Source: Cycas panzhihuaensis (taxonomy: Eukaryota; Plantae; Cycadophyta). Taken from it: 64,000 nucleotides of DNA. Under the pieces are notes generated by a model. The model worked only from the letters and a program-made list of their open reading frames with translations, was not told where the DNA came from and did not search any database. This document shows, piece by piece, positions 48,757 through 62,022 of this stretch; position 1 is the first letter of the stretch, and each line of letters starts with the position of its first letter. The stretch is taken from positions 249,309,741-249,373,740 of the forward strand of contig CM041465.1 in NCBI GenBank assembly GCA_023213395.1. The letters run 5' to 3'. The translations under genes were made by a program, and so were the position numbers.

Positions 48757-51700
48757 GGCTCAAAGACTTGATAGGAAAAGACTTTCACTTTTCTTTGGTT
48801 CTTTGACTTTTGTGTTTGCTACTCCTCTTTGCATATTAGATTTTTTTGTGAAATAATTATTTTCTAAGTCTATTTTTATGGTAATAGGAGTATTATATTC
48901 TTCCTCTACCTCTAGGACTCCTTCTTCTTTATTATTAATTCCTTCCCATTAGACTTTATACTCTACCTCTTTTTTGAGGTCCAAAACCTTATCCTTAATT
49001 GTAATTAAATTGGCCTTAATAGAATTATCTTTGTCCTTGACCTTGTTCTTAATGGAATTAACCTTGATCTTAACCTTTATAAAATTAACCTTGTCCTTAA
49101 TAAAATTGACCTTAGTAAAATTATTCTTAGTTTCTAAAGTTCTATCCTCTTCCTTTAAGAGATTGTCCTCTTCCCATAGAATTTTAGCCTCCATATCTAC
49201 CCTAATCTTTATCTTAGGGGTAAATACATGTTCTACGGACTCACTACCATCTTTTTTCTTTTTAAGTACTAATAACATAGAACTAAGTTGGTTAACCTTA
49301 AGTGTTGTAAGGTCTTTATAAACCTTAATACTTATAACTATCATCTCAAACCTCTTGTTATTCATCTTATATTTTTTAAATATGGTCCTTAATGTTTAAA
49401 GTTTTGATGTAATAGCTCCTTCCTTGATTATTTTTAAAGTATTTTATATCTCTTTTGATATAGTTACTTCACTAGATCTTAGAAAGATATGGCCCTTTAA
49501 TATGGAGAAGATGAATTCCAAGGCTTCATTATCTTTATTTTCATTCTTTTTGAAGGTCTTCTTTTCATTTGCATAGCTTTGAGATCAAATGTACCATATC
49601 CATTATTAATTAGGTCTTATATATCTTTTGATATAAAAATAGGCTTCATCCTATGACTCCAATTTCAAAAATTGACATAATCAAACTTAAGTATTAGTAC
49701 ATTACTTATGCTAGAAACCATGATAAAGAAATTACCTTAAAATATAAACTATTTTAAAAAGATAAAGTGATTTAATGAAGGATTAGAAAATGTACTAAAT
49801 AAGTTAATAAGAGGAATTTAAACATAAGCCAAATTACCCCCCTTCAAGTTTAGGACATGTAGAAGTTCCCTAATTAAGATTCATCCTCCTCTAAGATAAA
49901 GACTTTTATTTTAGATTATGATTATAGAGTGAAGTTTTTGCTAAATTTGTTTAAAGGGTCAATTCCTAGGAAGCCCATAAATTTTGCATCAACTTTGAAT
50001 ATAATAAAAGTACATCCAATAATTTCAAAAATATTCAAATGACCATTCACTTTGTATAAATTAAAATGCAAGTCCAATACTTTAAATGCCACTTAATCCT
50101 AGCACCTTATGGCAAAGTTATTCCTTAAATAGCATAAGGAGGTCAAATTTAATGAAGAAGCTCTTAGTACATAAATTGTAATAAAAAATTTACATCAACT
50201 TTAACTCATTAAATAGACCACCAAATGTAAACCTAATATTGGCATGTGACCACTTATTTCGTTTGAGTGAAAGTGAAGATCACTTTAAAGTTGATGGATC
50301 TAAAAATAGGCCTCATAAGTGACAGTTATACTTGTTGAAGTAATCACAAGTACTCAAATTAAGGTAGGCTTCTTGAAATATAGTTAACCCCTTTTAAAAA
50401 GATCTTCTGGTTACTTGGTTATTTTATGTGACCTATAAGAATGAGATTGCCTTTGAATGAGATTATGTAAGCTTTCCAAATATAAGATATAGGAATGAAT
50501 ATAATAATGAGAATGTGATTTACTCCTAGATAAACTCTTTAAATTAAGATTAAAAAAAAAAAAACTTAGCCACACTTAACTATATCAATGACCATTTGTA
50601 TCAGAACATATACACTTGTATGGTTTCATATAAGAGAGATGTAGTACATTGAACGATTGTTATAACATATCATAAATGTGACATGAAATACATACATTTA
50701 GATGCAAATGTCATAATGGCCACCTAAATATACTATTTAATTATGAAGATAAGGGCCTTGGGCAACATGATGGATAGAGAGGATTCATTATACATTGCTT
50801 TAAACCAAATAGTAATTATGAGATAAACACAAAAAAAATGTACTAGTGTAATCACATATATCATCAAAATGTTGTAAACCACAAATATATAATCACAAAT
50901 ATGTAGATGCACCAAACTAAATCTTACATGGTATAATATAGGATTCTGTTAATTATATTTAGATGCAATATGATTTAATGCATAAGATACATAATCTAAA
51001 TATGTACACACTTTATAAGACTTCATATGTAAATAACAAGATATACAAATAGTTGAATTTGAACTAGATATTAAAAAATAAACATTCATTACCTAGATTC
51101 TCAAAGGAGGTGTATATAAGGTAGATAGTAAAGATAATTTAGCTTCTCTCATATTGGGAAGCTACTAGGTCAAGAGCAAGGATCACAACACCACTCAAAT
51201 TAGATACAGATCCACAACCAAAGTTTACCTAAATTATGAAGTATAAAATATGCAATTTCCCAAATATATAAATACATAATATATAAAATAAGTAATGAGG
51301 GTCAAACACAAAGACGTAATGATGGCGTGATAGATTATACAAATGATAACTAAATCAGACACTCATGTGATGTAATACAAGAACTAAAGAAATAAGAGGA
51401 ACCCAAAAAAATTACACACTATAAATTAACCATAATATCAATTAATCTATGAAACAAAAAGTGCATTTTTAGATAGACATACAATATGCAAGGTTCCTTC
51501 AAATACTAGTACAAGCATATATTACTATGCAAACGTAAGTATTGATAAGAGCTTAATGGCTCTAATGTTAAATGATGGATATCATGAGCAATAAATAAAT
51601 AATAACAAATTAGAGAAGAGCATAACATCGATCATATGGAGTGATGGTATTAATAAACACTAGGTTTTTCAAACCCCATGGATAAATAAGTGGGAGCGAG

Positions 51701-54700
51701 AGAGTTTGGCACACCTTTCAAGGTCCACCACCACCTAGCATTGACAAATATCAGAGAAAGTGAGTCACCTCTAAGATATAAGATATAGCCTCAATGTGGG
51801 CTTTATCCCAATAAAAAATAATAAATGATAATTTAATATATGAAAATTAATATTGTATAATTGTTCATGAGAGTTATTTTATATACAAGTTTTTAACTCT
51901 TCATGTTTTTATATTACATTCTTTCAAATCTAATTTATTATTAATATTAATTAATCTTTATTACCATGGCCTTATTAATAATTATAGGGTTCATGACATT
52001 TCCTTCCCATTTGAGGATTGCAAGGCTTGTGAATGACTACCATGATTATGTAACCAAAGCTTGGCTATGCAGGATATTAATGATTGTATATTAGTTGGAC
52101 AATTTACAATAGGTGTATTACTATATCTTTGTTGGATTATTTATTACTTGTATTAAATAGGGATTGTCAGAAGATGGAGCTATGGTTGAAGCTAATGAGT
52201 CTTTTAATAATGTGTTATGAATTGGTCGTATTGCATAAAGTAAATTTAGGTCATAAAACCAACATGATCAATGTTATCAAATATGGATTTAAAGTTAGTT
52301 TTAAATATTCCAAAGAACTAGTAGGGATTTCCATTTAAACAAAAATTAAATTAAATTTCTTGACGATTGAGCCCATACGTACCTAGTTCTCAGAGTTATT
52401 CAATACTAAGCACAACATATATAGAATTAAGGGGTAACACATAGTAATCTATTATGAATGTAAGCATTTCCAGCTATAATTATTAATGAGATATTTTTCC
52501 ATCAGAAGTTTTAAAATGGTTGCCCATTATAGATATATGAAACACCTTGGATTTGTCAATATAAAGACCTAATCTTATGGCAAAATTTATGTTAATAAAA
52601 TTATGCATATTGATAGGGTTAATCAAAATAATCACAATTTCCTTTTGTAGGAGCCATTATAGTTTGATTATGTCAAGGTTTTAGACTTTTGATATGGCTT
52701 TTAATAAAATAAAATGTTGTTCATTATCAATAAGTGTTTCTTGGATAGATTGTAAATCATCAATGATGTCTGGTTTGACATTGTATTGTCACACTCGATA
52801 AGATATAACTATCATCATTTATAGTATGATTTATTATGGCCAAGGAACCTTTTTCTATTACAATGAAAATGAGTCTTGTTCTTCTTATTTTGAGAAGAAG
52901 AAGGAGGGGTAGTACTAGATTGTTATGCTAGTAAGACATAACATGATGCCCATGCTTTGTGTTTAGATTCTGCATTCATGGTCAAAGCAATAATAGAGGC
53001 CAAGGATTTGGGCTAAAAAATTTATACTTCTATAATAATTTTAAGTTGAAGATTAGCTTGGTATAATTAATTTATATCTTCATTAAAGATTCTTACTTTA
53101 AGATATAATTTCTCAAAGCACTTTATAAATTCATTGACTAAGACTTAATTTTTAAAATAATATGATAGGTAAATTTTATAAGGCATAAAGTTAGGCCCTT
53201 CAATATATTATCAAAGTACCTTAAGAAAAGAATCCCAACAAGAATGCTTCTATCCTTTATACCATTTATATGCCCAAATATAGATGTATCCTTAAAGATG
53301 ATTTATGCCAAAATGGGTCTTATCATCTTCATTCTCAATGGCCATAACTTCAGAGGCACTTGCGAGCCTAACAACCCATTTATTGATATCTATAGATACT
53401 TTGATGTTGTAATTTAGGATAGTGGCATGCTTCCTATATTGAATTGGGCATTTAGAAATATCTACATTTCCTCACAATGATGGGTTTCTAGATGGTTTTC
53501 CATAAGATAAATTAAATAACATATTTATAATTTCACTAAGAGATTTCTCTAGTGAATTAAGATGGTGCAATGTTGAGATTTCAATTGGTTTCCCATTAGA
53601 AAAGCAAAATAATATTTTTGTTATTTATTTGAGAGGTTCTCCTAGCATGTAAAAATAGTTGATAATAACATTTTCATCTTTGTTAACCATTCTTGAACAC
53701 TTTTTATAGTGAAGCATGGTTAGCTTATGAGTGCCTCATCTGAGCTCCACCATTGGATGATATTTTCAATGTTGTTGATGAAAGACTCAAGAATAAAGAT
53801 TAAGAAAGGTATATAAGCCTATGCATGCAAGAATTGGTGACAAAATTAAATCAACATAGACTTGGAATGATGTTTGAGAGGTTAAGAACTAGTTGGCTAC
53901 TATGTCATTCACAAAATTACTTCAAAACATAAGTCTATAAACTTAAGAAGGGAAAAAGATTTATATTAATATTGGGGTATATAGGATAGATGAAATGGTG
54001 GTGAAAGCATTATCTTTTGGAGTCAAACTCATAGATGATTAAAAATATATTAGTTTTTTTTGGCATTATGAGATCTTATGTTAATTCGAAAAGAAAATTT
54101 AGTTAAGTTTGGGAAAATTGTTAAATTTTAATTAAATAGAATATTCTTATATTTAAATGTGAATATTCCAAATCAAATAAAAGGGCAGCTAAGGTTTTAG
54201 GTAATGATAATTAGACAAAAAATAAATCATCATGAGCTAAAAGAATATTATGTATTTGTAACATAGGGATGACAAGATTTCTACATTAATTGTAGCAAAG
54301 GTTAAAAACAAGGGAACCAAGCACAAACACCTACAAAGGAAATTATGCAAATATACCCATAGAGGGAATCATGCAAGACACATAGAAAAGTAATGCAACC
54401 ACAACTTTAAAAAAGCATAGATACATTAATGGCTAAAGTATGATAACATAATGGTGATGCTGAGAGTAATATAGATTGTTAAGATTAAGAACACAAGGAC
54501 CCATAGATGGAGAGTACCAAGAACAATATAAATAGAGATATAAGGGCCTAAATAGAGACACTAATAGATAGTGAAGATGTACACAACAAGGATAGATATC
54601 TAGGAACAAGATTTTTTAAATCATAAGAAGGAAATCCTATATAAAGACAGGAAAGAAGGCATCTTACTAAGGATTATGCTATAATACCACTTGGAATAGA

Positions 54701-57700
54701 GCAAATGTCACTTACAATTTATTATTTAAGATTAGAGAGTGAAAGTTGAATGAAAGTAAATTTGTTGAGAGGTCTTCTCATAAGTAATAAATGATAATTT
54801 ATTTTATAAAAATTGATGGTACATAATTGTTCATAACAATTATTTTTATATATAAGTTTATAACTCTTCAAGTTTTTGCATTACATTATTTTAAATCCCC
54901 ATTTATTATTAATACTACTTAATTTTTATTACCATAACCTTGTTAATAATAACCAAGTTTGTAACAGTAATTGCCCTCGGTGTGTAGTACAACCTCTCTT
55001 ATTTGGTCCCTTATGATGTAGCCTATGATAGGTTGGTTAAACTACTAAAACACTCCTTATGGGGCCTTAATAAAACCAAGTAAGGCTGTAGTAGCATAAG
55101 CTAATAAGTTTATTATAGACCTAAGGAAGATGTTGGTTTGGGAATCAAACATATTAAGTAAGATCAAGGACATTGTATTAAATGGCTTGTTAGAGTTAGA
55201 GAAGAAGATGAGCCTTGGATGTTAGGGTATAACTTGAGTAGAGGCAACTTGGTGGTGATATATTGGGTTTATCTTGATTTAACATATAATACTTGTTGCT
55301 CTTGTCCCATTAAATTTTATCAGCCCTTATATTTTCAAAACCATTTAAAGAGCTTAGGAGGAATATTAAAAATGGTTAGCTTTATAAAGAAATAAATCTC
55401 AAAAGGGATTGTCCTTTGTATGGTGGTCACCTTTAATACAAAAATATCACCAATGCCTTATACAACATTAGTAGTTAAGAGCTCATTGATTAAATAAGAG
55501 AGGGTTATCCATGATTAACAACTATTTTAATAAGAGTTGAAGATTTTAAAAGTAATTTCTAAATCTTAATTGCAAGATCAATGTTAAGGCTTTTAGTAGA
55601 TTCATCATTAAAGAGATATATGATTGTTATTTTGCCTCTTAAATCATTAATATATCTAATAGTAACAATGAAATGAGGTGGAAATATTAGGCATGCTATG
55701 CATGAAAGTCATGCATTAAATTTGGAGCATCCTACATCTAGAAACTAGTGATGTCATATCATAATATCTCTAATAAAATGAATAAGATTTAGAACATTAT
55801 TAATAGGGATATGGTGTGGTATAAATGCATTTAAATGCTTTAGAAAGCATTAGTGGAGTCTAAGAAATCCCTTTTTGTTTCCTAGTCTTTACTATAAAAT
55901 GGACTTCTCGTCAAATTAAGGATGGCCATGCTTATACAATCATATGTGTTCTATGTAATCTATGGATGTTAGGAAACCTTCTTATACATATTCTTATGGT
56001 GTTTACTAGCTAAGTTAACTTGGGATTAGATTAGGGTGTTTCCCAAGCCTATCATTTTCAACACCATAGGATGGAACAATGCTACTTTAGTAGACAATAA
56101 AACACTTTCTCAATAGGACTTGCTTTAAATTAACAACATGCATTACATTTAGAAGTATAAAAACTCTATGATTTTTAATGGAAAATCCATTATGTTATCC
56201 TTTTCCTCTAATATAATTTATATTATACTAGATTTGTGTACTTTGTATATCAATGCTTAGGTACAAAAGATTTAGTTAGAGTTGTTATATATCCAAAAAT
56301 TGATAAATCATTAGGACTCATTTATATGCATGATTAGGGAGCTACCTCCAAAGGAGGTAAGCTTATTGTAACCCCTAATCATGGAAGGCATAGAATTTAG
56401 TCACAAGCTCAGAACTTGTCTGGGAACTACTAGCAGTAGGGTAGCATCCCCATAGCATGAAACCCATTTCACTTCTACTAATAAGTAAGGATCTCCACCT
56501 AAGGGGCTAAGCCAAATTATTTAAATATTAGTGCCTATTAATATTGAGCCATCTTCACGCAAGGGGTGGAAATTAAGAGACAACCCTCTTAATAAGGGAG
56601 ATAACAAGTGGAGATACTTGGGTCTAATATAAAATAGTGATGATGGTATTCAGGTCTAATTCATGTGTGGTTTGGTTATACACATTTTTGGATTTATGTA
56701 TATAATGGACTCCTTTTAGGGTATATGTAATTTTGGCTTCAATTAGGCATTGTATCTATGTTGTATTATTCATTGAGATGGAGAGGATGATGATCATTCC
56801 TCTAGTTTATTCTAAAGTATGTAATATTTCCAATCTAATGAATCATTATTTATGCAAAAAATATCAAAACTTATAAAGTACATACAACATATCAAAATCT
56901 TATCTTTTAATGGTCATACAATTTCATTATGATTTAGTTAACCATCTACTAGGAAAATAAATTAGAAAGTTGATATTTTCTTCATTAAGTACATCCAATA
57001 CCACTCCAATTACTATTCTTGAAGAATTAACATTAACATGAAACCTTTTATTTGAATAAGGAAATTTTCTAACTTTTCTAGGAACATGTTAACACATATA
57101 TAATTGATTGACCAACATCTTATTCACAAGAGGCCATGCATCTATAATATAGTTAATGGGAGCATAGGCTATATTTTTCCATAAGGATGGTATTGTGAAT
57201 GTATAAATACTTAAAGTGGGCTTATAAATGGGACCCATTAACTCCTTTTAATTGATTGCATGTGATTTTTATACTAAATAAATAATTTATTTAATAAATA
57301 AAGAAAATTAATCATAATGTATTTTAAAAATATATAAAATACCCAATAAGAATGGAAAAGGAGTGAAATAAGACATATTATAATTGATTGCCACTACTTT
57401 ATACACTAAATAAGTAAGGAGATATCTTATACCTTTTATTAGTTCATATTCATAATAGACCATGAAGAAGTAACAATTGAATTATCATGAAATTAAGTCC
57501 ATTAAATTTTATGCCAAGTTGATTTTCTATCTTTTGGCATGTATAAATATATAAACTCAATTATAAAAATTATTATTATTATTTTTATCAATAAAAAAAA
57601 ATTATCATTTAGAGGGCTAGCTTATAAGTCTATGATATTTATGATCTTATCAATTTAGGATGCTACTTTAGTTAGTATTATTCGTTAACTATGTTTATTA

Positions 57701-58261
57701 ATTTTGAAATGATCTACATCTATTACTTGTACAATAAACCTTCTACGGTTCTATAACTTTCCCCTGTTAATTTAGACAAAAAATATTAAGTAAATAGTAT
57801 TAATAATAGTAAAAGTATAGAGGAGACAAATAATAAATGAGTGCATTTCCCTCTTTAAGGTAAGGATACCTCTAAATAAATGTTGATGCATATAATTAAC
57901 CTCCAAAGAATAAAGAATCTCATATGATGCTTAAGGCTATGCTAAAAAGATAATAAATACTAATGAATAGAAGTGCCCTTTCATAACTTAATATATCAAT
58001 TCATAATAAGCCCCCCCCACTATTTAAAAGATACCTTGCCCTCAAAGCATCAAAGCTTACAAGTTCTATTGGTACCAATGTTCATCTTCCTAAGCTGCAT
58101 CTTTAGTGTCCATATCCTTCTCTTTGACTAGGTATTCCATGATTTATTAATTTTGTAAATGCTTTATCCTAAAGTTAATGATTAACTTGGGTTATATGAT
58201 AAAAGAACCTTCTTCGTCTAATGTTGGTAAGGAAGTTTGAGGGGTGGTCTTTCCCTACATT

Positions 58262-58278
58262 CCCCCCCCCCCCCCCCC
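58262..58278. repeat. Poly(C) run
   Basis: Seen directly in the sequence. Confidence 0.9.
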
Positions 58279-60499
58279 CTTAGATACAATACATGGAAAA
58301 TGTTATAAATACAACCATTAAATAAATCTAGTTGGTTAATGACTTTAGTAATCTTCCTTTAGACTTGAAATAAATCATAAAATTTGGATTAAAGTTTTTG
58401 TTTGTTATTATGAGAGTTTGTATATATGCAGGTTGTAGGTTGATTATCAATCCAACCAGAGGCCAAGATTGCTACATACTAGGATCATTCACAAGGGGAC
58501 CTGAACACCAGACATATCATGGGAAACTCATGAGAGAGAAAACTCACCAACACAATGTTTTAATATATTAAACATAAAATAATACAAAGTGTTTCAGAGA
58601 TGAGATGGAGCACAAAACGATTGTTAAGATCACATGATCTTAAGTTGATGATTTGAATATCAAGGAGGTATGAATATATATACTGTAAAATGGTACCACA
58701 TAAGGTCATATCTTTTCATTATGTCTTTTCACCAATGGACACGTCCATTCATTACACCTACACACTCTAATTAACCCTAACGAAGCATTTAAGTTATAAA
58801 TAACATAAGTTAACTATCGTTAACATCCCCCCTTAATACGAATAGGAGATGAAGCAAAAACAAATGCTCTATTAATTAGGAGATATGTCCTTGTAGATTG
58901 ATCCCCCCTCAAGGATGATCTTGCTGAGTGTTAACTGGTGATGTTCATCTAATAGCTTCATGAATTAACTTGCAACCCAGTTAGTGGTCGAAGAAGATTT
59001 TACTTGAAGCTTGCTTTCATCAAACACCTCTTGAACAACTGACTGGTATCTCACTTCTAATATTGATATTTGATCTTTCAAGTACTCTTCACCCAAACTA
59101 CAAGCTTCTTCCATAGGTTGTAATATTCCATCAATCAAAGATAAGTTCAAATTGAACACAATGTATGTACCATTAGCGTAATTCAAATGGCATAATTGTT
59201 TATCCTATCCTTTCTTAACAACCTTAGAGGTTTGTGTCTGATATGATCTCCCAAAGTCTAGGTTAAGAAATGAAGACTAAATATTATTTTAATATGACTC
59301 TCCACCAAGTGTAGCTGTTATATTTGACCTGTTTATTGGCTTCTGATCAACAAGTGTAATCGTCATCTTAGGGTCAATTAGTATAAAAGGGATATTTCCA
59401 TGTAAAGAGTCTTCTTCCTTCTGTATAACTATTTTCCACGAAGGATTCATTTGCCATAATGAATTAGGAATGTGGAAGTGAATGACTTCCATCATTTGAA
59501 GTCAACTAGTAGCTCAAGTTTTATTTAGCCTTTCTATTATATCCTCAGTTATGACCAATAATGACTTAGAGGAGGTTGTCATCTCCTCAATGAGTAATTA
59601 AGGTTTTTCATTACCTTTTACTTCATCTTCCTTTTGGAGCTTAACCTCTGCATGATTAGAAGATATCGTGAAGGAGGGATACCCAACTTTTGTTAGCAGA
59701 GGCTTACTAAACTGGTATGTCAATACTTCATTGATTTTTATATCTTGATAATGAAGAGACTTCTGCATCACCAGATCCCATAGTCTATGATTGTTTCCAT
59801 AGTATCCCATAAAAGTGATTTTGTAACTATGGTCAAATTCCTTTATTTATTTGTAAAATATTAGTGCATTTTCGATGCACCCTAAGATTTTTTTTAATAG
59901 AAGGCTTTCGACTGGTCCATCTTTCTTGTGGCATCACACTTTGAACTGCAAAGGTTGGAACCTAGTTCATAATGTGAACAACAGTTCTCACAGCTTTTGT
60001 CCCAAAGTTGAATGGGATATGTTGCATTTGCATCTTACACAACGCCATGTCAATCAAGGTATCAACTTTCCATATGGCAACACTATCATGTGGGATTAAA
60101 CCAATACCTTGATTAGAATAGAACTTAGAAATATGATTGTCGTTAGCCTTTTCACGATTACTCCTTAATAAATTTATTTGATTTTCACATAATTTTTTAT
60201 CTATCACTTTATCTTTTACATCTAACTTATCTTTGGGAGAGTATACCCAAGTATCCTGAGTAGAACGAAGATTTTGATTTATTCTAGGTGTATATTGTAG
60301 CTTCTTAAGATAACCATCTTTTACTGTAATTGTTTTAGCATTTTTAACAGGTACCAAGTCAACATTATTGAGTATGATGTTTGTCTAGCCAAGATCTTAG
60401 TTCAACACATAAAAACTCTACTTTTTAGGAGAGATATGTTGTGTGCTTGAGTTAGTTGATATTTGCACATAAAATATTACAATTTTCTCCTCTCTATTA

Positions 60500-61295
60500 G
60501 TCTGCCTTAAGTTCTTTTTCCTTATCCAATAATCTTTTTCTCTATGGCCCATCATTTTGTAGTAGGTACATGAACCAATATATTTCTTCTTCTTCCCTTT
60601 ATTGGTAACCTCTTCATGTGAACATTTATCCCTATCTTCATCCTTATTCTTTTAAACTTTTGAGGATAGGGCATGACTAGTATCAGTTGAATCCATAAAC
60701 TTGTGATGTTTGAGCTTAACTTCCTCTACAAGAAGTAGTTCCTTTAGATTTTGAAATGAGGTAACTTGAAACATTTTGTCAACATTATACAGAGTCTGAA
60801 AGGTGTTATAAGCTACTAGTAACTTGTTCATGACGATTGCGAATAGGATTTTATCACTAATCAAGTCTTGTTTAATTCCCTCTAGCTTATTCTTGATATC
60901 CATCAACTCATTCAAATAAGTGTTGATGTTGCTCTTATCGTCAATGTAGGAATTGAACAATTCACCCAATAAGATGACCAAACGGTTGTCTTCTTTTGTT
61001 CAAATGTGTCATAAAGAGTTTACCAAGTGTTATGTAGCATATTCAATTTGTGGATGAGTTCTCTTTGATCCGAAGGAAGCAAGAGTTTCAGTAGACCGGT
61101 GGCATGAAGTTGCTTTCTCTATGTGAGTTTATCTAGCACAACATCAAGTTCCCCTTCCTTTTTCTTAGGTGGTGTCTCACAAGTTAGGTCCCACAACTCC
61201 TAGACCATTAGCACAAGTTCTATATTGGACTTTCACTCCTCGAAGTTAGTGCCATCAAAGATTACTTGCATCAACAAGGTTGTCTTGGGATCCAT
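60500..61295 (-). pseudogene. gag: copia gag, with few disruptions
   Basis: MDPKTTLLMQVIFDGTNFEE*K...LWDL; ORF 60652-60981 (UBN2-like INTYLNELMDIKNKL); CTYYKMMGH zinc-knuckle remnant. Confidence 0.85.
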
Positions 61296-61961
61296 ATTTG
61301 CAGATACTCGGATTCCTCTTCCACTTAATTACTGATCACGACGGTAAGTCTTATTAACATTGTTTTAATAATTTACGAAGTTTAATTCATAGATTTGTAT
61401 ATCACTTTATTGAGATTAGTATGACATGTTCTCCGTAAGCCATATGTCTTTTTAATATCAATTAAAGAAATAATATTTTAAACGATGCTTTTTAGCACTC
61501 CAAATTCTTCGGTAAAGGTAATATACTCTTATACATGGACGTCACTTATTATTGCCCTGATTTTAGATAAAAATATTTCGAATAAATGTAGTATAAACAC
61601 CTTAAAATAGAATGTAGTATAAAAGCCTTTGAACAAAATGAATTTCTTTGAAACACTTTGATTCAAAGCTTTGAAATTAAATATTAGAAAAAGAATATTC
61701 TTATAGAATATTCTTTTCACTTAGATCACCCAAAATAAAACAACTGTCATTCGATTAATATTCAATCTGCATATGATATTTATATATCAAATGATATATG
61801 AAAATATCAAATATCAATTGCAATCATAAATATAGTGACCTAGTACTTGTAATTCACAATCGACTGGAGTACAATTTCTGTATGATTATAATTAATTGTC
61901 CTATATTAAAAATAAGTAATCAAATAATATATCACATATATTAGATGATAATACATACATG

Positions 61962-61963
<2 letters not shown>

Positions 61964-61995
<32 letters not shown>

Positions 61996-62022
61996 TGTAT
62001 GTATATATATATATATATATAT
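61964..62022. repeat. (CA)n plus (TA)n compound microsatellite in the retroelement leader
   Basis: Seen directly in the sequence. Confidence 0.95.

Larger units (their letters stand above)
41198..51813 (-). mobile_element. Full-length decayed Ty1/copia carrying two nested insertions
   Basis: LTRs 41198-41438 and 51573-51813; PPT complement tttctcctct; eroded PBS 51559-51570; RT/RNase H 41450-43000 (LHVDNL, IDLGVMYYFLG); integrase 46632-47692 (KCIFIGYS, HKRFSH...CEDCILGK); protease and gag 48324-49720. Confidence 0.9.
41102..54966 (-). mobile_element. Non-autonomous chromovirus-type element with gag and protease only; 3' LTR split by the copia insertion
   Basis: 5' LTR 54692-54966 with PBS complement gctataatacca 54678-54689; 3' LTR about 41102-41197 plus 51814-51998; PPT complement ttccttccc about 51999-52008; protease ILINPINMHNFI...DYYVLPL...ELGTY at about 52350-52650; no RT or integrase seen. 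Confidence 0.75.
40745..56859 (+). mobile_element. Old 5'-truncated LINE without detectable RNase H, in two pieces (40745-41101 and 54967-56859)
   Basis: GHFINDS and IDMFYLSPGFKI (RT), GRYQICSKVL in the left piece; PKEDVGLGI and CVLC...ETFLYIFLWC...W in the right piece; short A-tail; degenerate TSD aatattcaaactttt/aatatcaaaacttat. Confidence 0.75.
30567..57260 (-). mobile_element. Ancient non-chromoviral Ty3/gypsy (Athila/Tat-like) relic, split into pieces at about 56860-57260, 39775-40744, 39347-39400 and 30567-33005
   Basis: Minus-strand motifs in colinear order: KRFHVNVNSS...IYFPSR and LLLI*EF...NHLLRI (RNase H), KVYHMGD...GH...CNNYQR (integrase zinc finger), YILMAINYSSKWV, LVSDRG, TNKVL, TPI*LVYGVE and EGPY (integrase). 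LTRs were not located. Confidence 0.8.

Noticed and set aside
48949-49365. 138-aa Lys-rich ORF and its antisense Leu-rich ORF as novel proteins
   Set aside because: They are largely off-frame and antisense readings of the decayed Gln/Gly repeat in gag.
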